This document shows, one piece after another, positions 1 to 35,294 of a stretch of DNA of 64,000 nt. Each line of letters starts with the position of its first letter. The stretch's first letter is position 1. The position numbers were made by a program, and so were the translations under genes. This DNA comes from the human T2T-CHM13v2.0 reference genome, Homo sapiens. The stretch is from the NCBI RefSeq assembly GCF_009914755.1, contig NC_060933.1, one strand, 5' to 3'. Under the pieces are notes generated by a model. The model was not told the DNA's origin and searched no databases. It saw only the letters and a list, made by a program, of their open reading frames with translations.

Positions 1-173
1 GTGAACATCTAAATTGTTCACTATTGTATCCTCCTTACCTCCATAGTACCTGACATGTAAGAACTGCTCAATAAATATTAATTGAATGAATGACTTCCAT
101 GTTCTTCAAAATTTTCCCATCATTGCCTACTTCTTTCTCTCTCTTCTCTCTCCATAATCAGAGCTGTAACTAG

Positions 174-514
<341 letters not shown>

Positions 515-854
515 TAAAATGATCGTGCAACTAATTCTATAGCACAAGCATGTAGTATCACTAAATTTAACAGCTAGTAAGTGAGAATAACTAGTTAAAA
601 TAGGAAGCTACCAGATGGAAAGGATTTTCAATAGCACCCATATGCAAGCTGAGACATGAATCACAAAGTCGATTTGATGGCTGTGTTTTATGCTTGCCCT
701 GGCACCAAAATTGCTGGTTACAGCTGGACACTCCATTGTACACAATACTTTCTGGTGGCAGATCTATTAACTTCATTCAGTGTGTGGGGGGAAGGAAGGT
801 GGAAAATATACTTACACCAGGAAGTTATGTGTAGGATAGAAGATAGACCTGCCT

Positions 855-1163
<309 letters not shown>

Positions 1164-1651
1164 TAGACCTGCCTTTTTGTATTTGTCCTGCTAATTGGAG
1201 AATTAGGATTTGAGGTTCAATCAAAGGAAGATACAGCATGACTTACAGGTGCTGATCTGCATGGGTCAATGAAATGTGCAAGATAATATGTGTCCATCAA
1301 GAGGTACAGCCACCTCCAATGCCTGCACTTCTAGGATTTGCACCCCCATGGAGCAGCCACTGGGAGAGAGAGAGGGAAGGACTTTAAACAGTCCGTACTG
1401 GGATGGCCCCACACCTCCTCAAAGATGGGGATGTTTTACTATGTTGCCAACATCATACATCAGCTAGCAGTTTTAGCCATAAAGATATTAGCATATGAAT
1501 CCTTCACTGCAGAAAATCAAGAACTAAAAGATGGCTCCCTATTTACTTAGCTTGCAACCTTCAGTTCTTCAGACTATTTCTTTCTGTCCAAAGTCCTCAG
1601 TTAGATACAGAATTGTTTGTGGAGCTCTGGGGTCAATCATCAACCATCCTA

Positions 1652-2732
<1,081 letters not shown>

Positions 2733-2764
2733 CTGTTTTCTTCTATTTCTTAGCTCTTGTGCTT

Positions 2765-3111
<347 letters not shown>

Positions 3112-3910
3112 TGAAACATACACTGAAGAGTCAGAGTAGCAGCATCCCAGATGCTCAGCTTCTTGGCCCCCCACGTGGTTCTTTCAAAGGCTGGCATTTG
3201 AGGAGGAGTGAGGATCACTGCAAGTTCCTCTCAGCCACCTGTCAGCTCTGGAAGCTTCAGATTCCTTATCAGTACAGTGGGATAGCCGGTAATGGCTATC
3301 TCAGTTGTAAAAAGTGTGCTTCTTGGAACTTCAGAAGACGTAACTGAGTGCTCGCAGGCAAATGTTACATCTCTCCTTTGCTAATAGAATCATTTCAGTC
3401 TCTTCCGTGCCACATCCTCCAGATGCCCCTAATGTATTGACTGCAGAGACATTTAAATAAATTAGGAGGCATTAACCACTGACATTTCTATTTCAGTTGC
3501 AGGAAAAATGTAATCAACAAGGAAGCCAACCTAGTATTCAGAGGATCAAGGGAGGTTCCTGGATCCACAGGCCCTTCGGGCTGATGTCTCATAAATAGAT
3601 CACATTCAGGCTAATCTCATATCACGTTGTCTTTGGGTGTGAAGGACTTGAAAAAAATAAACTTGTTAGCTAAATAAATCCTGAATGGATAGGGGCTTGA
3701 GTGGGAGGTGTCAGCTGAAAAGATGTGATCCCATGTCTGTAGGCCATCTGTGTGTTTCGAGGGAAATTATGACTGAGAGGTTGTGAGAATGAAAGGAAGA
3801 CCATATGACACCGAGGTGTCTCTCTTGAAATTAGATCCCACAAAAATCCAGTATGGCCTGTGTTAACCTTGCGGGAAGAGAAATGCCACACCACCCACTG
3901 CATGACCAAG

Positions 3911-4341
3911 CCATTTCCCGTAGCTGCGGTAACAAATGACCACGTCTAACGAAAGCAAATTCATTATCTTACGGTGCTGGAGGTCAGAAGTCTGAAATGT
4001 GTCAGCAGGGCTGCATTCCCACTGGAAACTCTCGGGAGACTCCGCTTCCTTGCCTTTTCCAGCTTCTAGAAGCCACCCAAATTCCTTGGCTGTGACCCCC
4101 TCCTCCCTCTTCAAAGTCAGCAGCATAGTACCTTCAAATCTGTGACCTCTGCCTCCATAAACACATCTCCTCTTTCTTCGGCTCTCCTCCATCCTTGTGA
4201 TTATGTTGGGCCTACCCAAATAAGCCAGGATAATTACCTAATCTTAAATCCTTAAATTAAGTACATCCACAAACTTCCTTTTGTCAGGCTCCAGGGATTA
4301 GATTGTGGACATCTTTGGGGAACTATCATTCAGTCTACACA
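3911..4341 (-). mobile_element. MLT1D-like MaLR LTR
   Basis: gctgcggtaacaaat...ggaggtcagaagtctgaaat...ccttttccagcttctaga motifs. Confidence 0.7.
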
Positions 4342-4481
4342 CCAAAGTTGTCAAAGTTATTTTTGTTTCCATGGTGACTGCTGGGTCAAACTGGCATGCA
4401 GGTAAACTGCTTCTGTGATTGTCACTGCTCTGGTGGCTGGCATTTCTCCTCTGTTTTTCATAGATTATACAGAGCTGGGTG

Positions 4482-4922
4482 TGAAACTGACCCAGTAGTC
4501 CCATGGACTGTTCTTTTTGATAAACACAGAAATTGATCTTTCTGGTCTTAAAGTTTGAAACTTTTGTTTTATCTGAGTTCCTTCCTCAGGAAAGGACCTT
4601 CAGACCTCTGCAAAAGGGTGTCAAAGAACTGCAACTCACCAGAGCACCAGGGTCCTGACAATGAGATGCCAGACCCCTCATTCATCATGACTGCTTACTT
4701 GCCCCTCCCTAGTTCCTGTTTTCTTACATATCGTTACATTTCTTCCCTGCTATGTAAACCTTTCGTTTTAGTGGGTCAGGGAGAAGGGTTTGAGACTGAG
4801 CTCCCATCTCCTCAGCTGCAGCACCCTGCTAAAGCCTTCCTCCTTGGCAATACTCGTCTCAGTGATTGGCTTTCTGTGCGGTCAGTAGCAGGACCTGTAC
4901 CAAACCTGGTGTTTTGGTAACA
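4482..4922 (+). mobile_element. Intact solo LTR, ERV1-type (LTR47/MER83-like, subfamily uncertain)
   Basis: TG...CA termini with 4-bp TSD ggtg (4478-4481 / 4923-4926). Confidence 0.8.
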
Positions 4923-5300
4923 GGTGCACAATGGTCATTTAATCAGGGCCTATCTCAGGGGCTGTGTTCAGCACCAGGTCTTATTTTTAATCTAAGAAAA
5001 CAAGAAAATGGTTTTATTCGATGTTGAGTCATAAAATGCTAGAATTTGAGGAAATGTAAGAGATGGTGTGATCCAAGAATGAGGTGCAGAGAGGCTGACG
5101 GGACTTGCCGAGGTCAACAGCTATAATACTTAGTGAACCAAAAAACTAGCACCTGCTCCCTAGTTCTCCTCTCATTACATCACCCAGATTGTGAATTAGG
5201 CTTGGGAAGCACTCTGGAATTAGTGATGGTGTATGTGATTTTGTCATTCCCCAGCACCGTGATATCAGGTAAATAATGTAACATTTAAAAAAAAACTAAA

Positions 5301-5905
<605 letters not shown>

Positions 5906-6221
5906 AAACCCAAGAGAAAGAAAAGTTAGATTTTCATGAAGTTCACTGATCTAAGGTAACCATTCTTCATCAATGTGGCTATGGCAAAATATGACAGAAT
6001 AAGGGGAGCTAGATTTCAGTCTCAGGATGGAGACTTTTTTTCTTAGTTTCAGAGATATGGTCTAAGGAATATCGTTGAAACGTGTCTGAAGGGAAAAAAA
6101 TCTAGCTTTCCTGGACTTTAAAAAAAAATGCTTGTTTTTCTTCAAAGTTGATAGAGAAGCATTTGTCGAGGGCTCACTATGTGAATGTGGTCCTAAGTCC
6201 TGAGAAAAAGACAGACAAGAT

Positions 6222-6244
6222 TTTATTGACATTTATTATTTATT
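6222..6244 (-). terminator. Candidate polyadenylation signals for C9orf57
   Basis: Three minus-strand AATAAA hexamers (6222-6227, 6232-6237, 6239-6244) about 0.9 kb past the stop codon. Confidence 0.35.
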
Positions 6245-7140
6245 TTTTGAATTTTCAAACTCCTGAAAATACAGAGAAAGACAGTTTTAAATTAAATTTT
6301 AAATTAAATTAAATTAATGCAGTACTCTTCATGCTGCCAAAGTAGGGCATTGTAATAGAAGACGTAATGATCGCAAAATGGGAAATGTAGTTCAAAGTAC
6401 GTTCCTACTCCTTTTAAATTCCTTGTGGTTGGGAACTTACTTCTCTGCTTACCTTGAACTGCTTAATCTGCCAAAATTGAACAAGCCAAAGCATTTAGGC
6501 ATGGTTAAGGTACGGAAAATTCAAAATTTGGATAAACTCTGAGGCAGATGGAAGAAATAAGTGCCAGCCCTACCACCTGCCTCAGCCCTTTCCTGTTTGG
6601 GTTCATACTTTTCCCGCAGGCCTGGCTTGCTGATTCATGGCTTATTTTTTCCCTATAGTATATGTTAAGTCAGTTTCTTCTATACCATAAATCACCCCAA
6701 AGGAGCAAGGCAGTTTGCTTTGGAAACCAAATGAATATTCTCAGGTCACTTGCTGTCTTGTGAAACATTTGTAACCATATTTTGGAGTATGGAATTATTG
6801 AGGGAAATGAAAGTAGTTAGAGGTGACATGCCTAGTTTGACTTGGAGAATCACTAACATTTTTCCTTCTTTGTAGCCTTGTGGTAGGAAGGTAAATTAAG
6901 CAGAAGGAGGAGAGGAGAGAAATGGTGTTGAAAGGGCTATTTCTCAGATGAGTTGGAGGTGGTGGGGGAGATATTGGGAATATTGAAAACCAAAGTCAAT
7001 TTCAGATCAAAATTCCTTCTACCTACAAGGGTCTGAGGTTTCTGAAGTGGGCTAATTGACAATAGCCATCATTTTGTGATAGCCAGGTCAGGCTTCGAGA
7101 CTGATTGATCTGCCAAGCATTTTAGATATGGGCCACTGAC

Positions 7141-15354
<8,214 letters not shown>

Positions 15355-16415
15355 TAAGGTACTATGGAAATTTTCCTGGGTCTGAACTTTCTTAAAAGGA
15401 TGAGAACGAGTACAATTTGTGATGTGATGAAGTCCGTTACAACTGAAAGCGACACTCTGATCCACTAGATTCCAAACAGTTTAAACAGTAAAAACTGACC
15501 GAGTAAATGTGAATATTTTTTCACTTGAACACTCTGATCTGTTTGGAACTTAATTTCCTTACTCATGAAATTAATATAATAAGGCTAAGTTGGTCAGTAG
15601 TTAAACTAACTAAATTTGGCTGAAGATTGCTATGTTCACTATGCAAAGATTAGGTAATTCAGAAATAGATTGCCTTGTGGGCATACTATCTATTTATTAT
15701 GTAAAGTACTTGGTCTTAATTTTTAAAAAAATTCCATATAGTCTTTAAAGCAGCACTTAGTGCATTCAGAAAGCAATTTGAATTTTAAAAAAGTTTATTT
15801 CCAAATTAATATATAGTACCAAATTAATATACATTATTTTTGAAAAAATGAAAGTATTAAGAATGTTAAAATCCCCTTTGACTATGTTCCCATCAAACCC
15901 AGTGAGTGTCTCCTCCAAATGTAACCACATTATCAATATGTTGGGTATCTTTTTTTTTTTTAATCATTTCCTAAAGTTTATTCAAGGGTACTTTTTCTTC
16001 TGTGCATTTTCATCATAACACTTATAACATAGGATTGTGTATAATAATACTTTCTCTTTTACTTTTACAAAATAATATAATACTCTACATATTATTTTCC
16101 CCCTTATATTTCATTCAAAAATATGTTAAAAATCTTCTTATGTCAGTCTTCTTATGAAAGTTTGAAAAAGCTTTCATTATTTTTCATTGCTATATAATAT
16201 TTTCTGGTATGGATACATCATATTTATCCATTTCCTGGTTGATGAGCACATACCTTCTTTTTTTTAAAATAACAAACAATGCTGTAATGTGTGTATATGG
16301 ACTTGGGCACATATGCAAATTGTTTCTCTAAGACAGATCCCGAAAATTGGGATTGCTTTTCCCAAGGCCTATCAAATTGCCCCTGAAAGTAGCTATAGAA
16401 ATTTTGCCATCCACT

Positions 16416-16720
<305 letters not shown>

Positions 16721-17104
16721 TAGAAATGTTTCTACCCACCAACAGAGGATGAATACTTTCCCCCATATCCTCATTAATATTGAATCAAAGATTTGCAAAA
16801 TAATATTTATTAATAGCTAAAAGTCTAGATTAACATGATCTTTTGCCTAGCAAGTTGCAGAGATGAAGAAATAGATGTATTATTATTGACAAAGGGTGTT
16901 CTCAAGTATGCACTTTTAGTCAAATGGTGGGGAAATGTAAATGAGTGTGTGTGTGTGTGTGTGTGTATTAATACATATGTTAGTACCTATACTCAAATAT
17001 ACATACATACATAATTTGTATCACCCCATAGCTATAACTTTGTAGCCTGTTCTTTTTAAAACTTAACTTCATATTTTGAGTACTTATTTTGTCATTAAAT
17101 ATTT

Positions 17105-17230
17105 CTTTCTTTTCTTTTTTGAGACGAGTTTTGCTCTTGTTGCCCAGGCTGGAGTGCAATGGTGCGATCTCGGCTCACCGCAATCTCTGCCTCCCAGGTT
17201 AAAGCGATTCTACTGCCACCGCGCCCGGCC
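17105..17230 (-). mobile_element. Internally deleted Alu
   Basis: Right-arm portion fused to the Alu 5' end (gcgattctactgccaccgcgcccggcc). Confidence 0.8.
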
Positions 17231-17411
17231 AAGAATACATTTTTAAAGCTCCTGTAATATTCAACCATATAGAGTTACTATAATTTATTTAATAATCCCC
17301 TCGTGTTTGGGGATCTTTCATTATAATTTTATTTGTGTTTAAAATTTTCTTTAGGGTAAGTTCATAGAAACGAAATTATCAGAACAAAAACATAAACCTT
17401 TTATATAAGTT

Positions 17412-17754
<343 letters not shown>

Positions 17755-18625
17755 CTAGAAAGATAATACCAATTTAGAGCTACAGTGTGGCATGTTCATC
17801 TTCAAATTCATGACTAGACCATAATAACCCCTCAGTTAATGCTACTTTTGCTTCCATTCCTTCTTGAGATTTTCCTCTTGTTTAAATGTCTTCATTACAA
17901 GTTTTTCTTTGGCTCTAATGTGCCACTATTAAAAATTTATTTTCTTGAATGAAAGTGACATTATCTGATTAGTCGATCAACAAACATAATGTTCATACAA
18001 ATATAAATTCGTAGGTATAATGATGATATTTTTCATGATATATATTATCTGTTTTTCCTTTCCTTCAGTGAAGATTGTTTTTCTGACACCTCCTAATTGA
18101 TACCTGTAGGAAATAGGTTTTGGTAAAAACAAAGAAATCAATATGGAATATGGAGCCCTGAAAGTGGCCACTGGTATCTTGGAGTTATAGGTGGGCATTT
18201 CATCTGAGATGCTCTAGCAAAGCTACCTGGATACAAAACAGTAATACTCAAGTCAATAGGAGTATTTACTGTATGATTCCATTGAATGTATGAAGTTCAA
18301 GATAGGTGACACTTATGTGTAGTGATTAAAGATGGAGTAGTGGTTATCTCTGAGCAGGAGGACTGACATGAGAAGGGGCATAACAAAGCCTTCTAGGCTG
18401 ATGAAAATGTCTTATATTTGATGGGGGAGGTGAGCACATGTGTTTTTGCAAATATAAAGTGTTACTGAGCTGCACATCTTAGATTTGGACATTTTACAGA
18501 ATAATACCTTCAGGGGTATATTTGTTTTCATTTCCCTCCTCATTAGTGATAAATCAGTGGAAAAATATTGCAAGCACCTCTGTATGAGTTAGGAATTTAC
18601 TGATTGGTGTTAAGCACAGGAGTGA

Positions 18626-19003
<378 letters not shown>

Positions 19004-20703
19004 ATTTCATTTTTTTTTTAAAGAAAATAATTCTGCCAGAAGAGTGAATTTTAGTTTGGCAAAGATGAAAAAGGATGCAGGGAAAAAGGTAGGTGATGCA
19101 TGAAGGGATGGCAAGGAGGAAACAGGTGAGAGGAATACTGAGGGCTCAGTGTTCAGCATCTTAACTCTATTGGTCTGTGTTTGAGGGAAAAGCTTAGTCT
19201 TAATCTTCTCTACCTCTAGTACTCCACTTAACACCCTTTAAAGGAATGATCTCTTTATATTCTCTCTCACCAGACCGTTAGTTCCCTGAGTGAAGAGATG
19301 CTATCTTGGTATCTCCAGCTTCCAACCGGGGGCTTGGCACAGAATAGGGGCTTGGTAAATGTTTTCCAAATGAATGGGATGTCTGATGGAAAGAAGACAA
19401 GGTGAAGGAATTCCTGGGTAATATGGAGATGAGAATCTGTGAGAAGGGTAAGTGACATTGGGTGACAAAGATGAATGTGAGGTTGGATGAACTGCCCTTG
19501 GGCTGGTGCGGGCTTTGGTTCCAAGTGGTGTTTAAGACCTGAAGGGATGAGCTGGCATCAGTTTTTTCTAAAGATTGCTGAATGGTTTTGCTGCCTGTTA
19601 AGACGCTTCTCTTTTGGCGGTAGGAAGAAAGAATTAGCTGGTGTCTGGGATGTAACCTTCCCAGTGAAATCCTAGAATCCAAGTCAGCAAGGAGTTCAGA
19701 GTCGAATTTAAAGTTGGACAGGCTGGGGCAACTTGGGAGAGTCTCTCCGGGCAAATCAGAACCCAGTTGTCTGCCTTCCTGGGTAGTCACCTTTGTGTTA
19801 ACACAAGGAACCCTGGTGATCTTAACTTACTCCATCATCCTGGGCTTCAGTGTACTCATTTCTATAATGAAGGTACTGGAATATAGTATTCTGTCGTTCC
19901 ACTAACTCACAAAGAAGGCAGCTCTTTCTGTTTTATTCCACCAGTTTTTAGTGAGCAGAATGAGATATTCTAAAATCACAGTGTAGATAAGAACTCCTTC
20001 GTAGCAAGAAATGTCATTTTCAGTCTACGAACTTTAATTTCTCATTCACAAGTCAAAGTGTATTCGCAGATACATGTACTGATGCCTGTCGCGGTGGACA
20101 CACAGACGCACACATTGCGGAACACCACCAGTGAGTCACATTTTGGATGCTTGCCCTTGTATTCTGGTAGATACTGTGATGGTAAAAAACATGAAGAACA
20201 TAATTTGAATTTTATGCTGGTGAGGGTCAAAGCAGACTTCAAAAGCACTGTAATATTTATTGCAAGAGGAGCAACTTACCTGTGGAGTCACTGTCATCCT
20301 AGTCTCTGTTGACTGATAATGAATTATATTGCTTTAAAGCTGGAAAACATTGCCAGCAACTGGCTTGCATCTAGACCTGGCAAATTCTTTTCTTTTAAAG
20401 TTTTGGTGTAAAAATCTACCATGTCTTATGACTTTAATTTGTCTAGCTTAGATAGAAGTCCCCAATTTATCATTTCTCATTCCTAATCCTTCGAGATGTT
20501 TTGAATAAAAAAATGTTGCACTGACAGGTAAGTTTGGAAACAAGCTATATATGTTATTCTGTAATGAAAAACTTAAATGTGCTTTGGAATATTAAAAAGT
20601 CCTAAGAATTACTGACATAAAGAAACTTTGTTTAAACCTGGTCTTTCCTGAATTTACTTGACCAGCTGGCTATTTTTTTCCCTTTAACCCCCCACCCCCC
20701 ACC

Positions 20704-21005
20704 TTTTTTTTTTTTTTTTTTTTGAGATGGAGTCTTGCTCTGTGGCCCAGGCTGGAGTGCAGTGACACACTCTGGGCTCACTGCAACCTCTGCCTCCCAC
20801 GTTCAAGCGATTCTTGTGCCTCAGCCTCCTGAATAGCTGGGATTACAGGAGTGCACAACCACCCCCGGCTAATTTTTGTATATTTAGTAGAGACAGGGTT
20901 TTGCCATGTTGGCCAAGCTGCTCTTGAACTCCTGACCTCAAGTGATCCGCCCGTCTCAGTCTCCCAAAGTGCTGGGAGTACACGTGTGAGCCACTGCACC
21001 CAGCC
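20704..21005 (-). mobile_element. Alu
   Basis: Alu consensus. Confidence 0.92.
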
Positions 21006-21329
21006 TCCTTTAATGCTTTTTAATATCCTTAAAAACAAGTCCTGGTCCAAATGGTGTCCCACTAATAACTATAGTCACTATAATGATGATGATAGCTTGC
21101 AATTGTCTCTCACTTTACACTTTAAAAGCATGTTTGGCTTCATAATTACCTTTACAAAGCCTTCTGATATTAGAGATAGAAACTGTTTTTATTCCCATTT
21201 GAGGAATTCAGGCTTAGAGAGATTACAAGATTTCCTTGATATGACACAATGAGTCAATTGTAGATCTGGGGAAAAAGAAACAACCAAATGTCCTCATTTT
21301 TCACGATGTTGTTAGAAATAAGGTGTATC

Positions 21330-21752
<423 letters not shown>

Positions 21753-22196
21753 TCAACAAGGCAAAATTTGGTTCTTAGAAATAGTAATAAAATCAACAAA
21801 CTCTTAGTACAATTATTAAGAAAAAGCATATGAAGAAAAAACCTCAAAACAACGATTCAAACGACTATTGATTTCTTACCAGAAAACCATAAAAGGTAAG
21901 AAGACAGTGAAGCAACGTAATTAAAGGACACAGAGAAACGAACGGCCAAGCCCGAATTCTACATCCAGCAAAGGAAAAGATTTTTTATAAATGCAGGCAA
22001 CATAGTTGCATTCTCAGGTGAAGGAAAAGTAACAGTTTGTCACCATCAGACCTACTCTAAATTTAGAGTCTAAAAAACATGCTGTAGTTCTAAGTTCTTC
22101 AAACAGCAGGGAAATGACACCTGAGAGCCTGGGAATTTCAAGAAGAACAACAAAATAGACTACTTTTTTCTTAAGTTCTTTAAAATACATGTGATA

Positions 22197-22505
22197 GGCT
22201 GGGCGTGGTGGCTCACGCCTGTAATCCCAACACTTTGGGAGGCCGAGGTGGGTGGATCACGAGGTCAGGAGATGGAGACCATCCTGGCTAACACAGTGAA
22301 ACCCCATCTCTACTAAAAATACAAAAATTAGCTGGGCATGGTGGCTGGCGCCTGTAGTCCCAGCTACTCGCCAGGCTGAGGGAGGAGAATGGCGTGAAAC
22401 TCAGGAGGCGGAGCTTGCAGTGAGCCAAGATGGCGCCACTGCACTCCAGCCTGGGCGACAGAGCCAGACTCTGTCTCAAAATAAATAAATAAATAAATAA
22501 TATAA
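22197..22505 (+). mobile_element. AluY-like
   Basis: TSD taaaatacatgtgatag. Confidence 0.95.
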
Positions 22506-23139
22506 AATACATGTGATAGTTGAAAGCAAAAATTATAACATTGCTTGGTGGGGTATTCGATGCAGTATAAACAACTATAACATAGGGGAGGAAAAAGGGG
22601 CCATTGTGGTTGAAAGGCCTTTATATTTTATTTGAGGTGGCAAAATACCAGCTCTAAGTAGACTGTGAAAGGTATGTATATTGTAACCCCCACAGCAGCT
22701 ACGTAAAAAATAACACCAAGAGATACAGCCTCTTAGTAATCAGTAGAACAAGTAGGCAGAAAATTGGCAAGGATAGAGAAGACTTGGAATTCTTTTAAGT
22801 GTTCATGGAGTATTCACTAAGACAGACCATATAATGGTTCATATAACAAACCTTAAAGTTTTTAAAGAATAGAAATCATTTAAAGGAGTTTCTCTGACCA
22901 TAATGAAAGCAAATAGACTTTCCTATCTATTTCATGTGGGTGACAGATTTTTGGCAAAAGTCAAGAAGAGGCATGTGTTCAACAAATAATGCTGAAACAA
23001 TCACCTGTTCATGCCTTTTCCCTAAAAAATACACCTCAACTCTTATCTTACACTTTATACAAAAATTAATTAAAAATGCATCATAGAGTTAAATATAAAA
23101 CATAAAACTATAAATTTTCCAGAATAAAACATAGGATAA

Positions 23140-23425
23140 TTTAATTTTTTTTTGAGACAGAGACTTGCTTTGTCACACAAGCTGGTGCAATGGTGCAGTC
23201 ACGGCTCACTGAAGCCTTGGCCTCCCGGCTCAAGCGATCCTCCCACCTGAGCCTCCTGAGTAGCTGGGACCACAGGTGCATACCATTGTGCCCAGCTCAT
23301 TTTTAATTTTTTTTTTTTTTTATAGAGACAAGATCTCACATGTTGCCCAGGCTGGTCTCAAACCCCTGGGCTCAAGTGATCCTCCCACCTCAGCCTCTCA
23401 AAGTTCTGGGATTATAGGAATGAGC
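23140..23425 (-). mobile_element. AluJ-like
   Basis: Alu consensus. Confidence 0.88.
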
Positions 23426-23604
23426 TTATAGGAGAATTTTTGTGAAAGCAGAGTTCTTAGACACCAAAAGCATGATTCATAAAAGTAAAAAAAAAAAAAA
23501 ACAAAAAACAAACTAATAAATTGAACTTCATCCAAACTAAAAATATTTGTTCTCCAAAAGACATGAATGAAAGGACAAGCTATAGACTAGAAAAAAATAT
23601 TTGT

Positions 23605-23932
<328 letters not shown>

Positions 23933-24694
23933 TTATATTCAGAAAACATAAAAAAATTCCAATAATATGAAAACAACTCAATTAAAGAAAAATAAGCAAA
24001 GGGTCTAAACAGACATTTCCCCAAAGAGGATACATGGATGTCAGATAAGCATATAACAAAATGCTCAATATCATTAGTCATTAGCAAAATGCAAATTGAA
24101 ATTATAATTAGATACCAATATATACCTATATTGAACGGCTTAAATAACTTAAAAAGAAACTTGACAATACCAGGTAATGGTGAGGATGCAAAACACTTGG
24201 AAATCTCATTTATTGCTGGTGAGAATGCAACATGGCACAGCCTCTTTGGAAAAGAATTTGGGAGATACCCAATAAAGATAGACATATACTTACCATGTAA
24301 CTTAGGAATCTCATGCCTATGTATCTACTCTGGAGAAATGAAAGTGTACATTCACTCAAAAACCTGTATGTGAATGTTTACAGCAACTTTATTCATAATT
24401 GCCTCACACTGGAAATAGTCCAGATGCCCTTCAATTGATGAATGGATAAACAAATTGTGCTTTGTCCATACAATAGAATACTACTCAACAATGAAAAGTA
24501 ATGAACTACTGATGCACAAACAACATAAATGGATCTCAATTTCATTATACTGAATGACAGAAGCCATACCAAAAAGGCTACATATTCTTGGATACCATTT
24601 ACCTGACACTCTTGAAAAGGCAAAAACTTTTTCCTGGAGAGTGGTTGACAGGGGTTAAGGGTGAGAGGAAGGATTGACTATGAAAAGACAGCAT

Positions 24695-33816
<9,122 letters not shown>

Positions 33817-33877
33817 TTATTTAATTTAAAATAATTTAAAATTTAAATTTAAATAATTTTAAATAGTTAAAAAAAAA

Positions 33878-34062
33878 GACTTTGGGGACTCAGTGGGAAG
33901 GGTGGGAGGGAGGTGAGGCATAAAAGACTGCACATTGTGTACAGTGTACCCTGCTCAGGTGACGGGTGGATCAACATCTCAGAAATCACCACTAAAAAAC
34001 TTATCCATGTAACCAAAAACCACCTGTTCCTCAAAAACTATTGAAATTAAATTAAAAAAAAA
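33878..34062 (+). mobile_element. L1PB-like 3' end, right piece
   Basis: gactttggggactcag...accacctgttcctcaaaaactattgaaatt + A tail continues the L1PB 3'UTR broken near 27036. Confidence 0.85.
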
Positions 34063-34691
34063 GAACTGATTACAAGGAAGACATCTAACCATAGACTGTA
34101 CTTGATCCGAGGTTTGAAACACAAAAAGAATATAACAGTAAAGTAAGACAAGTCAAGACAGAGCAATTGCTCAAATGAATTCAGCATGCCATGTTGACAA
34201 CCCAAAATGCTAAAAACAAAACCCAAACCGTTGATTGCTCAAAAATATAGCTTTTCATAATTTTGCATTGTAATTTATGTTTCATATGCATGAATGCACA
34301 ATGTGTTTTCTTCTTACAGCTAGGCTATTATTAGGTGAGATTTCTGAAGGCACGGTCTAGGTGACTGAAAAGAAGTACACTTAGCAGGGAATTGTCTAGC
34401 TATTTACAGCAGCAGCTGCCTTGACCCAAAAGAATATTACCATTCTTGGAAAATGCCACGGTCTGTTTTTCCTCCTCCCTTACTGGCCTCTCCTGCTCAG
34501 CCTCCTTTGCTTGCAACATCTCCTCTTCTGGATTACTAAAATTTGGAGCCCCTCCAGAATTCTTTTCTTAGCCTTCTTTTCTTCTTTATTTTTTAAATTT
34601 AATTTTGAAAATTTGTAATATTGGGCACATTCAAAAGAATACTTATAAGAATTTTGCAAGTTACGAAGCATAATTGAAAAACCAGCCCATT

Positions 34692-34925
34692 CAGGGCCAG
34701 GACAAGGGTGAGGCAAGTCAGGTGCTTGTCTTGGGGGCAGAATGTAACAGGCCACCAAAAAACTCATAATCAAGATAAAGCACAGGTTAATACAATATTT
34801 TAAAAATCAAAATTAATATGAAAAAATCTGTGATGAACAAAATGTGACAATTTTAAATAAAGACAGAATCTGACTCTGTAGTTTTACACCCTTGACTTAA
34901 TTGTCTTACTCTAACCCCAGCCTTG
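34692..34925. mobile_element. MER96B-like hAT relic
   Basis: cagggccaggacaagggtgaggcaag ... actctaaccccagccttg, terminal-inverted-repeat-like ends. Confidence 0.5.
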
Positions 34926-34964
34926 GTTCCTACATAGGAGAGGAAATTAATTCTTTTAATTCTT

Positions 34965-35294
<330 letters not shown>

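Noticed and set aside
19278-19790. 170-aa minus-strand ORF
   Set aside because: No recognisable domain or splice context; consistent with chance
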